64,000 bases of DNA from Clostridia bacterium (GTDB lineage: Bacteria; Bacillota; Clostridia; TANB77; CAG-508): assembly GCA_017530505.1 (NCBI GenBank), contig JAFXMI010000035.1, forward strand, positions 35,383 through 99,382. Direction: 5' to 3'. Numbering within the stretch: position 1 is the stretch's first letter; each line of letters begins with the position of its first letter. Below are positions 1 through 9,994 of the stretch, one piece after another. A program made the position numbers and the translations under genes. The notes beneath the pieces were generated by a model. It worked only from the letters and a program-made list of their open reading frames with translations. It was not told the DNA's origin and ran no database searches.

Positions 1-151
1 AAATAAACTGTTAATTGTAACAAGGATATATAAGATTAGTGACATAATTCAAATATAATTATTGATAAATATAGTATTTTATGATTTAATAAATAAAAAT
101 AGCTTTATTGGAAAAATTATAATAAAAAAATGTAGAAAAGTTGGAGTTAAT

Positions 152-1423
152 ATGAAAAAGAAAATATTTTTAGTAATAGCAATTTTGATAGTAGGTATTT
201 TAAGTGGATTATTGTTATTTAAATATGTTCTTTATGACAAGTATAAAATTCCCAAAGGTGCTAAAATAGATATTATAAATAGTAAGTTTGAGGTTTATTC
301 TGAATCTAAAAATCTTTATGATATAATAGGTGATAATAATATTGAAATATTAACTGAAGATGAGGCTTTAGATTTAGAAACTGTTGGAGAACATAAAAAA
401 ACAATTCAGTATAAATATAATGGAGTTAGAAAATATTTATTTGATGTAAAATATGAAGTAGAAGATAACATAAAACCAATATTTATAAAAGAGCCAACAA
501 GTTCTGTTAGCTTTTATGTAAACGAATCAAGTCAACAAGATATTCAAAAGCTTGAAGAAAAAATTTCTTACGCAGATAATTATGATATTTCTCCAAGATT
601 GATAGTTGAGGGAAACGTTGATTTTTCAGTGTTAGGAACTTATACTCTTTATTATACAATTAAAGATTCTTCTGGAAATGAAACTTCAAAAACAATGAAT
701 GTTATTATAAAGGAAAGACAAGTAGATAACGGAAATAAGTCAGAAATAGAAGAACCAAAGAAAGAGGAAGAAAAGGAAGAAAAAAATACTTTTGCAAAGC
801 ATATTGAAAATTACAAAACAGAGGAAACCATGGTAGGAATAGATGTATCTAAGTGGCAAGGAGAAATTGACTTCGATAAATTAAAAGATGCTGGAGCTGA
901 ATTTGTTATTATGAGACTTGGTGTTATGAAAGACAAAGATTCAGAAGTTGAAATAGATAATACTTTTGAAAAAAATTATGAAAATGCAAAAAAAGTCGGC
1001 CTTAAAGTTGGAATATATGTTTATTCAGAAGCAAATAATGTAGATACTGCGATTTCTAATGCACAGTTTATTATAAATATTTTAAATGGAGAAAAGTTAG
1101 ATTTTCCTGTTGTTTTTGATTGGGAAAGTTGGGCATATTTTAATAGAATGCAAATGAATTTATATATGCTTAATAAAATGTATGATGCTTTTAGTAACAC
1201 AATGAAAAATGCAGGATATGAATCAATGCTTTATGGTAGTGAGTATTATTTAAATAATGTATGGATGGATTTGAAAGATTATACAATATGGGTAGCAAAG
1301 TATTCCTCTAAAGAGCCAAAAATAGAGAATGGAAATAAGATTCTCATGTGGCAAAATTCATGTACAGGAAAAATTGAAGGAATCGATGAAGAAGTAGATT
1401 TAGATATATACTATATTGATTAA
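152..1423 (+). CDS. Membrane-anchored GH25 muramidase (lysozyme/autolysin) with N-terminal TM helix and Ig-like spacer
   Basis: GH25 motif GIDVSKWQGEIDFDKLKDAGAEFVIMRLG, DxE-type catalytic region, N-terminal hydrophobic anchor. Start at internal ATG 152 behind a GGAG; the 62 start is spurious. Confidence 0.7.
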   Translation: MKKKIFLVIAILIVGILSGLLLFKYVLYDKYKIPKGAKIDIINSKFEVYSESKNLYDIIGDNNIEILTEDEALDLETVGEHKKTIQYKYNGVRKYLFDVKYEVEDNIKPIFIKEPTSSVSFYVNESSQQDIQKLEEKISYADNYDISPRLIVEGNVDFSVLGTYTLYYTIKDSSGNETSKTMNVIIKERQVDNGNKSEIEEPKKEEEKEEKNTFAKHIENYKTEETMVGIDVSKWQGEIDFDKLKDAGAEFVIMRLGVMKDKDSEVEIDNTFEKNYENAKKVGLKVGIYVYSEANNVDTAISNAQFIINILNGEKLDFPVVFDWESWAYFNRMQMNLYMLNKMYDAFSNTMKNAGYESMLYGSEYYLNNVWMDLKDYTIWVAKYSSKEPKIENGNKILMWQNSCTGKIEGIDEEVDLDIYYID

Positions 1424-1476
1424 TTATGAATATATTTACCAATTTTGTAAATATTAAATCTAGGAGGTGATTTTTT

Positions 1477-1650
1477 ATGACAAGCAAAGAATTATTATAT
1501 GTACAAGATGCTTTAGGTCACGAAAAATTTTTGAAATGTGAAAGTAAACAAGTAGCTGGAAATATTTCAGATGAAAATTTGGCTTCTTATATTGGAGATC
1601 TCGAAGATAAACATAATGAAATTTTTTCAAAATTTTTAAAACTTTTATAG
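1477..1650 (+). CDS. Small (57 aa) spore-coat-associated protein, partner of the CotF-like gene downstream
   Basis: AGGAGG RBS followed by ATG; MTSKELLYVQDALGHEKF...; typical small ORF preceding Coat-F genes. Not in the ORF track because it is under 60 aa. Confidence 0.3.
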   Translation: MTSKELLYVQDALGHEKFLKCESKQVAGNISDENLASYIGDLEDKHNEIFSKFLKLL

Positions 1651-1660
1651 GAGGAGAAAA

Positions 1661-1903
1661 ATGGAAGATAGAGAATTAATGGAACGTGAGTTAAATTTAA
1701 TTAAAGGTGCTTCTACTCTTTATTTACATGGAGCAATAGAATCAGAAACAAAAGAAGTACACGAAGCATTTCAATGTGCATTAGAAGAAAGCATAAACAT
1801 TCAAAATCATATTTATAATCTAATGAAAGAAAAGGGTTGGTATCCAACAGAAACAGCAGAACAACAAAAAATTGATATGGTTAAGCAAAAATTTAATGCG
1901 TAA
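1661..1903 (+). CDS. Coat F domain (CotF/YraD-like) spore coat protein
   Basis: 80 aa; TLYLHGAIESE..EVHEAFQCALEES...NLMKEKGWY resembles the Coat_F helical domain; GGAGG RBS. Confidence 0.45.
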   Translation: MEDRELMERELNLIKGASTLYLHGAIESETKEVHEAFQCALEESINIQNHIYNLMKEKGWYPTETAEQQKIDMVKQKFNA

Positions 1904-2085
1904 ACAAGCCTCTAAATAGAAAATTAGAAAAAGATTAAACATAAGATGTTTAATCTTTTATATTATATATGTTACAGCAAAATTAAAAGAAAATTACTGT
2001 AAATTGTAAGATATATTATATAAATATTGCTTTTTAAGTCTATTATTATTATAATTTACAATATATGGGAAGGGAGATAATAAAA

Positions 2086-2808
2086 ATGAGTAATAATCCA
2101 AAAACAATTGAAGAGTTAAAACAGTGGTATATTGATAGAAAGTTACCACCAGAGGAAACAACTAGATTTTTTATTGGTAAAAATTACGAAGGTGCGAAAG
2201 CCTTTGGTATATATATGGATGAGGAAACAGAAGATTTTATAGTATATAAAAATAAAGCAGATGGTACACGTGTAATAAGATACCAAGGGAAAAATCAAGC
2301 TACAGCTGTAAGAGAATTATTCTTAAAATTAAAAGATGAAATTGCCAATCAAAAATCAAATAATATAAGATATAATTCTTCAAATTATATAGGAAATAGA
2401 AATAATAGTTATAGAAGTACAAAAAAAAGTTCATCTTTTTTACCAAATTTCCTTATTTTTGGAATATTTGGAGGTATATTTATAATTATGTTTGCAGTAA
2501 TGTTTTTTTTCCCAAAAAGAGGATACTATTTGTATAATAATGATTATTACTATTATCAAAATGGAACATGGTATGAATACACTAAGTCAAGTGGTTGGTT
2601 TAGAACAGATAAACCAAAAGAATTAAGTAAACATCATAAAAATTATTATCAATCTTATGATTATAGTACATATTACTATATAGACAATTTTGAATATAGT
2701 GGATATTATGAAGAACCAAGTTCAGATGATGACGATTGGAGTTCTAGTGATTGGGACTCAGGAGATAGTTGGGATTCAAGTTCTACTGACTGGGGGAGTG
2801 ATTGGTAA
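2086..2808 (+). CDS. Single-pass membrane protein with globular N-domain and Tyr/Ser/Asp/Trp-rich low-complexity C-terminal tail
   Basis: Start MSNNPKT behind GGGAAGGGAG; one TM helix (FLPNFLIFGIFGGIFIIMFAVMFFF); tail YYYY...SSDDDDWSSSDWDSGDSWDSSSTDWGSDW. Confidence 0.5.
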   Translation: MSNNPKTIEELKQWYIDRKLPPEETTRFFIGKNYEGAKAFGIYMDEETEDFIVYKNKADGTRVIRYQGKNQATAVRELFLKLKDEIANQKSNNIRYNSSNYIGNRNNSYRSTKKSSSFLPNFLIFGIFGGIFIIMFAVMFFFPKRGYYLYNNDYYYYQNGTWYEYTKSSGWFRTDKPKELSKHHKNYYQSYDYSTYYYIDNFEYSGYYEEPSSDDDDWSSSDWDSGDSWDSSSTDWGSDW

Positions 2809-2827
2809 AATATATTTTTATATTTTT

Positions 2828-2879
2828 TGTAACAAAATTGTTACAAAAGCGTGACATTTTCTTTAAATTGTGATATAAT
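2828..2879 (+). promoter_or_regulatory. Predicted sigma-A promoter with upstream WalR-type direct repeat
   Basis: GTGACA-17 nt-TATAAT with TG extension (about 2851-2879). Directly upstream TGTAAC-N5-TGTTAC (2828-2844) fits the WalR consensus TGTWAH-N5-TGTWAH. Confidence 0.35.
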
Positions 2880-2930
2880 AACTTAGAATTTTTAATTTTA
2901 AGTGTAACTTTTGTAAGAGAGGAAAAGTTT

Positions 2931-3896
2931 ATGGATAAGTTAAAGGAAACAGAAACGCAAAAGATTATTAACCTTAAAGTTGTTGGTATTGGTGGCGCTG
3001 GAAATAATGCTATTAACAGAATGGTTGAAGATAAAGTAAAAAATGTCGAATTTATTGCAATAAATACAGAAAGCAAAATTTTAAGATTGTGCAAGGCAGA
3101 TAAAACAATTCAAATTGGAAAAGAAACAACAAGAGGTTTAAGTACGGGAGGAATTGTAGAAATTGGTGAAATGGCTGCAAGGGAAAGTATGGCTGAAATT
3201 GAAAAAGTATTATATAATACAGATATGTTATTTATTACAGCAGGAATGGGTGGTGGAACTGGAACAGGTGCTACACCGGTTGTTGCAGAAATTGCAAAAA
3301 AATTGGGTATACTTACAATTGGAATAGTAACAAAGCCATTTATTTTTGAAGGAATTCGTAAAATGAATCAGGCAAAAAAAGGTATTGATGAGCTGAAAAA
3401 ATATGTTGATGCACTTATTGTTATTTCAAATGATAAACTATTAAAATCAATTGAAAAGAATAGTACAATAATAGAAGCTTTTAAATTAGCAGATGAAACC
3501 TTAAAGCAAGGAGTTATTGGAATTACAACTTTACTTAATACAACAGGATTAGTAAATGTAGATTTTAATGATATAAAATCTGTAATGCAAAATACTGGTA
3601 TGGCTCATCTTGGGATGTGTGAAAAAATTGGTGAAGAAGCAATTAAAGAAGCTGTAAAAGGTGCTGCACATAATGCCCTTTCAGAGACCAAAATTAATGG
3701 TGCAAAAGGTGTAATTATAAATATTTCAGGAAGTAAAGAGATTCCTTTGTCAGAAGTAAATAATGCTCTTACTGAAATAACAGATGATATTGATGAAGAT
3801 GCAAATATTATTTTTGGTACAATAATTGATGAAAAGCTGAAAAATAAAATTGTTGTTACAATTATTGCAACTGGTATTGAAGATATTGCTTTATAA
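2931..3896 (+). CDS. ftsZ: FtsZ-family tubulin-like GTPase paralog that lacks the C-terminal linker and conserved tail peptide
   Basis: VVGIGGAGNNAINRM, G-box GMGGGTGTGATP, T7 loop VNVDFNDIKSVM. Only 321 aa and not in a dcw (ftsA-ftsZ) context. Confidence 0.8.
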   Translation: MDKLKETETQKIINLKVVGIGGAGNNAINRMVEDKVKNVEFIAINTESKILRLCKADKTIQIGKETTRGLSTGGIVEIGEMAARESMAEIEKVLYNTDMLFITAGMGGGTGTGATPVVAEIAKKLGILTIGIVTKPFIFEGIRKMNQAKKGIDELKKYVDALIVISNDKLLKSIEKNSTIIEAFKLADETLKQGVIGITTLLNTTGLVNVDFNDIKSVMQNTGMAHLGMCEKIGEEAIKEAVKGAAHNALSETKINGAKGVIINISGSKEIPLSEVNNALTEITDDIDEDANIIFGTIIDEKLKNKIVVTIIATGIEDIAL

Positions 3897-3913
3897 AAGT
3901 AATTATGATAAAA

Positions 3914-3946
3914 TCTCCTTAAATTAAATTTTTAAGGAGTTTTTTT
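3914..3946 (+). terminator. Rho-independent terminator after the ftsZ-like gene
   Basis: CTCCTT...AAGGAG stem followed by TTTTTTT. Confidence 0.5.
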
Positions 3947-4868
3947 ATGTTAATACCTGAAAAATTAAAAAGAGGTGATACAGTTGTAATTATTGCTCCT
4001 AGCTCTCCAATATTAGATAAAGATAATGAATATATAGAAAAGTCTAAAAAGATGCTAGAGTCGGTACGGATTAAATGTTGAATTTAGTAGTTATTGTTAT
4101 TCAAATGCTACTGGATATGGAGGAACAGCAAAGGAAAAAGCTTTAGATATAAATAATTGCTTTGAAGACCCTAAATATAAAGCTTTAATTTGTGCTAAAG
4201 GAGGAGCAAATAGCAATAGTGTGTTTGATTATTTAGATTATGATTTGATTTCGAAAAATCCTAAAATACTATGTGGATTCAGTGATTCAACTTCTTTAAC
4301 AAACATGATAACAGAAAAAACCGGGCTAGTTACTTTTAGTGGACCAACTTTTAAATCTTTTTCATCTTGGGAAACAGATTATTCATTTAAAAAATTTGTA
4401 AGAAGATTTATAGATGAGGATTTATCTTTGTGTGATAATGATGAAAGAATTAAAGTAATAAAGCAAGGAAAAGGACATGGTCAATTAATTGGTGGAAATT
4501 TAAGTTTAATTGCTAGAATGACTGTAGGAAAGTATAAATTAAATTTTGATAATAAGGTTTTATTTATTGAAGAGTTGGGTTTGGAAGATGATCCAGCAAT
4601 GTGTAGTGGAAATTTGTATTTCATGAAACAAAATGGTGTTTTTGAAAAGCTTAAAGGAATTTGGGTTGGAAATTATGAGCATGAAATGGAAATTAGTTTA
4701 GAAAAAATATTATTAGATGTTTTAGAAGATGAATGTTCATTTCCTATAATTAAAACTAATAATTTTGGACATATTGATAAAAAGATTGTAATTCCAATAG
4801 GAATAAAAGTAAATATTGATACTAATTCAAAAAATAAAATTGAATTAATAGAAAAATGTATAAAATAA
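3947..4868 (+). CDS. ldcA: LD-carboxypeptidase (S66, LdcA-like) with a +1 frame discontinuity at an in-frame CGG codon (about 4067-4069)
   Basis: N-terminus MLIPEKLKRGDTVVIIAPSSP in one frame; remainder ...GLNVEFSSYCYSNATGYGGTAKEKALDINNCFEDPKYKALICAKGG...CGFSDSTSL (nucleophile motif) in the +1 frame. Joined as ...LESV-G-LNVEF if the C of CGG is skipped. Confidence 0.7.
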
Positions 4869-4937
4869 CAAATAAGGTGTTTATTTAAAGTTTACTTTAA
4901 ATATAAAATTAAAAAACAAGGAGGGAAAGAATGAAAA

Positions 4938-6293
4938 ATGAATGAAGAAGAATTAGAATTTGAAGTAGAAAAAATTGAACAGTTAATTGAAAAGAAAAAG
5001 TTTAATGATTTAAGACAATATCTTGAAGATGTTAATAGTGCTGATTTCCCACAAATGTTAGAAGAAGTAAATGAAGAACAAATTTTATTAATTTATAGAT
5101 TACTTTCAAAAGAAAAAGCAGCAATGGTTTTTGCAGAATTAGATTCTGATATCCAAGAAAAATTACTAAATGCACTTACAGATAAAGAATTAAAAAACGT
5201 TATAGATGAGTTATTTATGGATGATACTGTTGACCTAATAGAAGAAATGCCATCTAATGTTGTAAAACGTATTTTAAAAAATATTGATAAAACAGACAGG
5301 AAAATCGTAAATGAGCTTTTAAAATATCCAGAATATAGTGCTGGAAGTATTATGACTACTGAATTTATAGATTTAAAGGAAAGTATGACTGTTGATGATG
5401 CTTTTACTAGAATTAAAAAAATCGGTTTGCAGAAAGAAACTGTATACAATTGTTATGTTTTAAGTTTAGATAGAAAAATTAAGGGATTTATTGATATAAA
5501 AAATTTGCTAATAGCTGAACGTACAGATTTATTAAAAAATATAATGGACGAAAATGTAATTACTGTTACAACAATGGAAGATCAGGAAACTGTTGCTAAA
5601 ATGTTTGATAAATATAATATGTATGCTCTTCCAGTTGTAGATAAAGAGGAACGTTTAGTTGGTATAATAACAATTGATGATGCTATTGATGTTTTACAAG
5701 ATGAAAATACTGAAGATTTTGAAAAAATGGCTGCTTTAATTCCAAATGAAGATAGTTATTTTAAGACTAGTGTTTTTACTCATGCAAGAAACAGAATTTT
5801 ATGGCTTTTAATATTAATGATTTCGTCAATTGTTACTGGTACAATTATTACAAAGTATGAAAATGCTTTTGCTGCAGTTCCAGTTTTAGTTGCATTTATT
5901 CCTATGCTTATGGATACAGGCGGAAATTGTGGCTCTCAAAGTTCAACTCTTATTATTCGTGGCATGGCAATGGATGAAATAAGATTAAAAGATTTTTTTA
6001 GAGCGCTTTTTAAAGAAATTAGAGTTGCGATTTTAGTTGGTATTGTTTTAGCTTTATTTCAAGGAATAAGAATTATAATTCAATATCGTGATATAAAACT
6101 TGCATTTGTTGTTAGTTTTTCTATAATTGGGACAGTAATGATGTCGAAAATGTTAGGGTGTATTTTACCAATGTTTGCAAAAAAATTAAAATTAGATCCT
6201 GCAATTATGGCAGCACCTCTTATTACTACAATTGTTGATACATGCTCTGTATTATTATTCTTTAATATTGCAACAATAGTTTTAAATGTATAA
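4938..6293 (+). CDS. mgtE: Mg2+ transporter MgtE (MgtE-N, CBS pair, TM domain)
   Basis: Characteristic MgtE architecture and C-terminal TM region, 451 aa. Confidence 0.9.
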   Translation: MNEEELEFEVEKIEQLIEKKKFNDLRQYLEDVNSADFPQMLEEVNEEQILLIYRLLSKEKAAMVFAELDSDIQEKLLNALTDKELKNVIDELFMDDTVDLIEEMPSNVVKRILKNIDKTDRKIVNELLKYPEYSAGSIMTTEFIDLKESMTVDDAFTRIKKIGLQKETVYNCYVLSLDRKIKGFIDIKNLLIAERTDLLKNIMDENVITVTTMEDQETVAKMFDKYNMYALPVVDKEERLVGIITIDDAIDVLQDENTEDFEKMAALIPNEDSYFKTSVFTHARNRILWLLILMISSIVTGTIITKYENAFAAVPVLVAFIPMLMDTGGNCGSQSSTLIIRGMAMDEIRLKDFFRALFKEIRVAILVGIVLALFQGIRIIIQYRDIKLAFVVSFSIIGTVMMSKMLGCILPMFAKKLKLDPAIMAAPLITTIVDTCSVLLFFNIATIVLNV

Positions 6294-6390
6294 AAAATAA
6301 TAATGTCAAATTTTGAAATACGATTTTGTAAATTATATGAAGAACTTTAATATTTTTGGGTAAAATTATATTAAGGTATGGAGGTAAAAA

Positions 6391-8817
6391 ATGACATATA
6401 AATTTACAAAAAGTAGTGAAAACGTTTTAAATATTGCAAATGAGTTAGCTCAAGATATGGGACATAATTACATAGGAACAGAACACATATTATATGGATT
6501 GGTTGTAGAAACTAGTGGAGTTGCAAGTAAAGTATTAGAAAATCAAGGCGTAAGTTCAGAACTTGTTTTGGAAAGAATCGAAGGGGTAATAGGGTCTTCA
6601 GTAGATCCTATTTCTCAAGTTCTAGGATTTACTCCAAGAAGTAAACGAATCTTAGAAAATGCTTTTTCTGAATCAAAAAAACTTTGTTCAGATTTTATTG
6701 GAACTGAACATATACTAATTGGAATTATGAAGGAAGGCGATAGCATTGCAGTAAGAATCTTGCTTGATTTGGGTGTTAGAGTTGAAGACATATATAATGA
6801 GATTGTACATGTTTTAAATGATTATGAAAAATTAGCTAATTCAAATGATAAATTACAAAACAGTAGTTACAATTCTACTGTAACTTTAAATCAGTTTGGA
6901 ATTGATTTGAGTAAGCAGGCAATAGAAGGGAAACTTGATCCTGTTATTGGAAGGGAAAGCCAAACAGAAAGGGTAATAGAGATTTTATCTAGAAGAACGA
7001 AAAATAATCCTTGCTTAATAGGAGAGCCTGGGGTTGGAAAAACAGCAGTTATAGAAGGATTAGCCCAAAAAATAGTATCTGGCTTGGTACCTGAAAGCTT
7101 AAAAAACAAAAGAGTTGTTACATTAGATATAAGTTCTATGGTTGCAGGGGCAAAATATAGAGGTGATTTTGAAGAAAGAATAAAAAAGGCTCTTGCAGAG
7201 GTTAAAAAAGCAAAGGATATTATTTTGTTTATTGATGAAATTCATACTATTGTTGGAGCAGGTGCTGCAGATGGAGCAATAGATGCTGCAAATATCCTAA
7301 AACCAATGCTCGCAAGACGAGAAATTCAAGTAGTTGGAGCAACTACAATAAAAGAATATAGAAAATATATTGAGAGAGATTCTGCATTAGAGAGAAGATT
7401 TCAACCTATTATTGTTGAAGAACCAACTTTAGAAGAAACTGAAGAAATTTTAAAAGGAATAAGAGATAAATATGAAGCTCATCATAATGTTAAAATAACA
7501 GATGAAGCTATTGAAGCTGCAATTGAACTTTCTTCAAGATATATTAATGATAGGTTTTTACCAGACAAAGCGATAGATTTGATTGATGAAGCTTCAAGTA
7601 GAGCGAGAATTAAAAGTTTTATTGAGCCTTCAAATTTAAAAAATTTAGAAGAAGAAATAGAAATAACAGTTAGAGAAAAAGAAGAGTCAATTAATATTCA
7701 AAATTATGAACAAGCTGCCAAATTAAGGGATAAAGAAGTTATTTTAAAAAAGCAACTTGAAGGAGAAACAGAAAATTGGAATGAAACTAGAAACAAAAAA
7801 ATGGTAAATATTGAATATGAAGATATAGCAGAGGTTGTAGCAAATTGGACAGGAATTCCTGTTCAAAAAATTAGTCAAAAAGAAAATGAAAGATTGAGGC
7901 ATTTAGAAGATGAACTTCATAAGAGAATAATTGGGCAAAACGAAGCAGTAAATGCTGTTTCTAAAGCAATTAGAAGAAGCAGAGTCGGACTTAAAAATCC
8001 TAAAAGACCAATAGGATCATTTTTATTTTTAGGACCAACTGGTGTCGGTAAAACTGAACTTACAAAAGCACTTGCTGAATGTTTATTTGGAGATGAAAGT
8101 GCAATGATTAGAATAGATATGTCTGAGTTTATGGAAGGACATTCTGTTTCAAAATTAATAGGTTCACCTCCAGGATATGTAGGCTATGAAGAATCTGGAA
8201 CAATAATTGAAAATATAAGAAAAAAACCATATTCTGTTATTTTATTTGATGAAATTGAAAAAGCTCACCCAGATGTTATGAATTTACTTTTGCAAATTTT
8301 AGATGATGGTAGATTAACAGATAATCAAGGAAGAACAATAAATTTTAAAAATACAGTTATTATAATGACATCCAATATTGGTGCTAGAAGAATTACTGAA
8401 AAGAAAAAAATGGGATTTGGTGAAAATAGCTATATAGAAGAATCTAATGAAATTAGAAAAGATGTAATGCAGGAAGTAAAAAGTACATTAAAACCTGAAT
8501 TTATAAATAGAATTGATGAAATAATAGTATTTCATAAGTTAAGCATTGAAGATATTTCAAAAATAATAGATTTAATGCTTGAAGATGTTAAGCAAAAGTT
8601 AAAGAGCAAAAATATAAGTTTAGAAATTGATGAAAAAGCTAAAAATTTAATTATGGAAAAAGGAAGTAATTCTAATTTTGGAGCAAGACCTCTTAGAAGA
8701 ACTATACAAAATTTAATTGAAGATAAGATTGCCGAAGAAATTTTAAATGGATTATCTGGGAATAAAATTTTAATTTCAAGTAATGGAGAAGAAATAATAA
8801 TTAATGAAAATAGATAG
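6391..8817 (+). CDS. clpC: Clp ATPase of ClpC type (Clp_N repeats, two AAA+ modules, UVR-like linker)
   Basis: Walker A GEPGVGKTA and GPTGVGKTE; 808 aa, no long ClpB middle domain. Confidence 0.85.
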   Translation: MTYKFTKSSENVLNIANELAQDMGHNYIGTEHILYGLVVETSGVASKVLENQGVSSELVLERIEGVIGSSVDPISQVLGFTPRSKRILENAFSESKKLCSDFIGTEHILIGIMKEGDSIAVRILLDLGVRVEDIYNEIVHVLNDYEKLANSNDKLQNSSYNSTVTLNQFGIDLSKQAIEGKLDPVIGRESQTERVIEILSRRTKNNPCLIGEPGVGKTAVIEGLAQKIVSGLVPESLKNKRVVTLDISSMVAGAKYRGDFEERIKKALAEVKKAKDIILFIDEIHTIVGAGAADGAIDAANILKPMLARREIQVVGATTIKEYRKYIERDSALERRFQPIIVEEPTLEETEEILKGIRDKYEAHHNVKITDEAIEAAIELSSRYINDRFLPDKAIDLIDEASSRARIKSFIEPSNLKNLEEEIEITVREKEESINIQNYEQAAKLRDKEVILKKQLEGETENWNETRNKKMVNIEYEDIAEVVANWTGIPVQKISQKENERLRHLEDELHKRIIGQNEAVNAVSKAIRRSRVGLKNPKRPIGSFLFLGPTGVGKTELTKALAECLFGDESAMIRIDMSEFMEGHSVSKLIGSPPGYVGYEESGTIIENIRKKPYSVILFDEIEKAHPDVMNLLLQILDDGRLTDNQGRTINFKNTVIIMTSNIGARRITEKKKMGFGENSYIEESNEIRKDVMQEVKSTLKPEFINRIDEIIVFHKLSIEDISKIIDLMLEDVKQKLKSKNISLEIDEKAKNLIMEKGSNSNFGARPLRRTIQNLIEDKIAEEILNGLSGNKILISSNGEEIIINENR

Positions 8818-8894
8818 TTAATAATTAAAATACTTTACATTTTTAACAATTATGCTATAATAAAAATAGATTATAATGAAAGGATATTTTTATT

Positions 8895-9947
8895 ATGGCA
8901 AGTTTTTTTGAAAGATTAAGGGGTTTATTTAGAGGAGAAAGTCAACCACAGTTACCAGATAGTTCATCACCAAAGATTTATGGAACTCATCATAATAAGG
9001 GAGAAATTTCTATTTATTCTACTACAGTTTTGGATGGAGATGAAGATATAGATGTTAGTATAGCATTAACTAGCAAGCAAAAGGGGGTTGATGAACGTTT
9101 CCGTTTATATGGTGCAAAAATAAATTTTGCAAAACAGGGAGATGCAATGCTTCTTGCAGATGATGTACCTATTTATTTTTCAGTTAATAATGGTACTGAT
9201 TTAACAGAAGAATATTTGAACGCTGTTATTTCTGAATATCTTAGTAATGTAAAAGATGGCGAACAACTTAATTATTCTTATTTAGGGCATTTTGAACCTT
9301 ATTTTCAACAAATAAGAAGAGGAGCTGATGTACCTGAATATGTTGAATATGCTAATAAACAACAAGCTAATTCAAGAAGAGATGCTTTGGCTCAAGCAAG
9401 AAGTGGCGAATATTTTAGATATAACGGAAAAGAGTATGTTGGAAAAGATTTATATAATAATGGAGAATTATTTTTTAAACCTACTAATAACCCTATATGT
9501 GTAGGTGGTAAATATTTGCATATAGGAACTTTGACAAGACATGATAATATGGGGTATCCTATATTTGATCATGAGGTTGCTTTTGAAACGAATTTTGATA
9601 TTTCACAGTTTTCTTTAGTACCGAATACTCCATGGGAAAACAAAGAAACGTTTGATTCTTATGATGAATTATATCAATCTCAAAATCAATATTGCAGAAG
9701 ACAGTTTTTAGGAATGTTGTCTTATGCAAGTGCTGGTACATCTAATGCATTGCCATTTTTAGGTACTATTGCTAAGAATGAAAATGGTTGGGCTGAGTTT
9801 TTTAGGAATGATATGCCTACAGACCCACAATTAGCTTTTTATTATAATTCTTTGTTAAGTGAAAGAAAAAAACAATTACATAATAATTATGAACAAGGAG
9901 GTAGTTTAGATGGAAGGAAATCAAGACAAAGTGATTGTACGAGATAA
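8895..9947 (+). CDS. Hypothetical protein, compositionally atypical (G/Q/R/A-rich, higher GC than neighbours)
   Basis: 350 aa ORF with a good RBS; no recognisable motif. Confidence 0.5.
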   Translation: MASFFERLRGLFRGESQPQLPDSSSPKIYGTHHNKGEISIYSTTVLDGDEDIDVSIALTSKQKGVDERFRLYGAKINFAKQGDAMLLADDVPIYFSVNNGTDLTEEYLNAVISEYLSNVKDGEQLNYSYLGHFEPYFQQIRRGADVPEYVEYANKQQANSRRDALAQARSGEYFRYNGKEYVGKDLYNNGELFFKPTNNPICVGGKYLHIGTLTRHDNMGYPIFDHEVAFETNFDISQFSLVPNTPWENKETFDSYDELYQSQNQYCRRQFLGMLSYASAGTSNALPFLGTIAKNENGWAEFFRNDMPTDPQLAFYYNSLLSERKKQLHNNYEQGGSLDGRKSRQSDCTR

Positions 9948-9994
9948 CTTATATTAAGAAAACTAATAAAAAAAGCCTTAATAGGAGTAAAAAA

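Noticed and set aside
62-151. ORF-track start at 62 for the GH25 muramidase
   Set aside because: It adds 30 residues with no RBS. The ATG at 152 behind GGAG starts at the signal/anchor helix.
2783-3094. Antisense ORFs overlapping confident genes (also 5093-5449, 6891-7109, 17868-18164, 19963-20196, 24465-24746, 26024-27026, 31803-32861, 34530-35032, 42412-42870, 58229-58675, 59327-59755, 62509-62847 and similar)
   Set aside because: These are low-complexity translations of the opposite strand of strongly supported genes and have no RBS. They are AT-rich frame artefacts.
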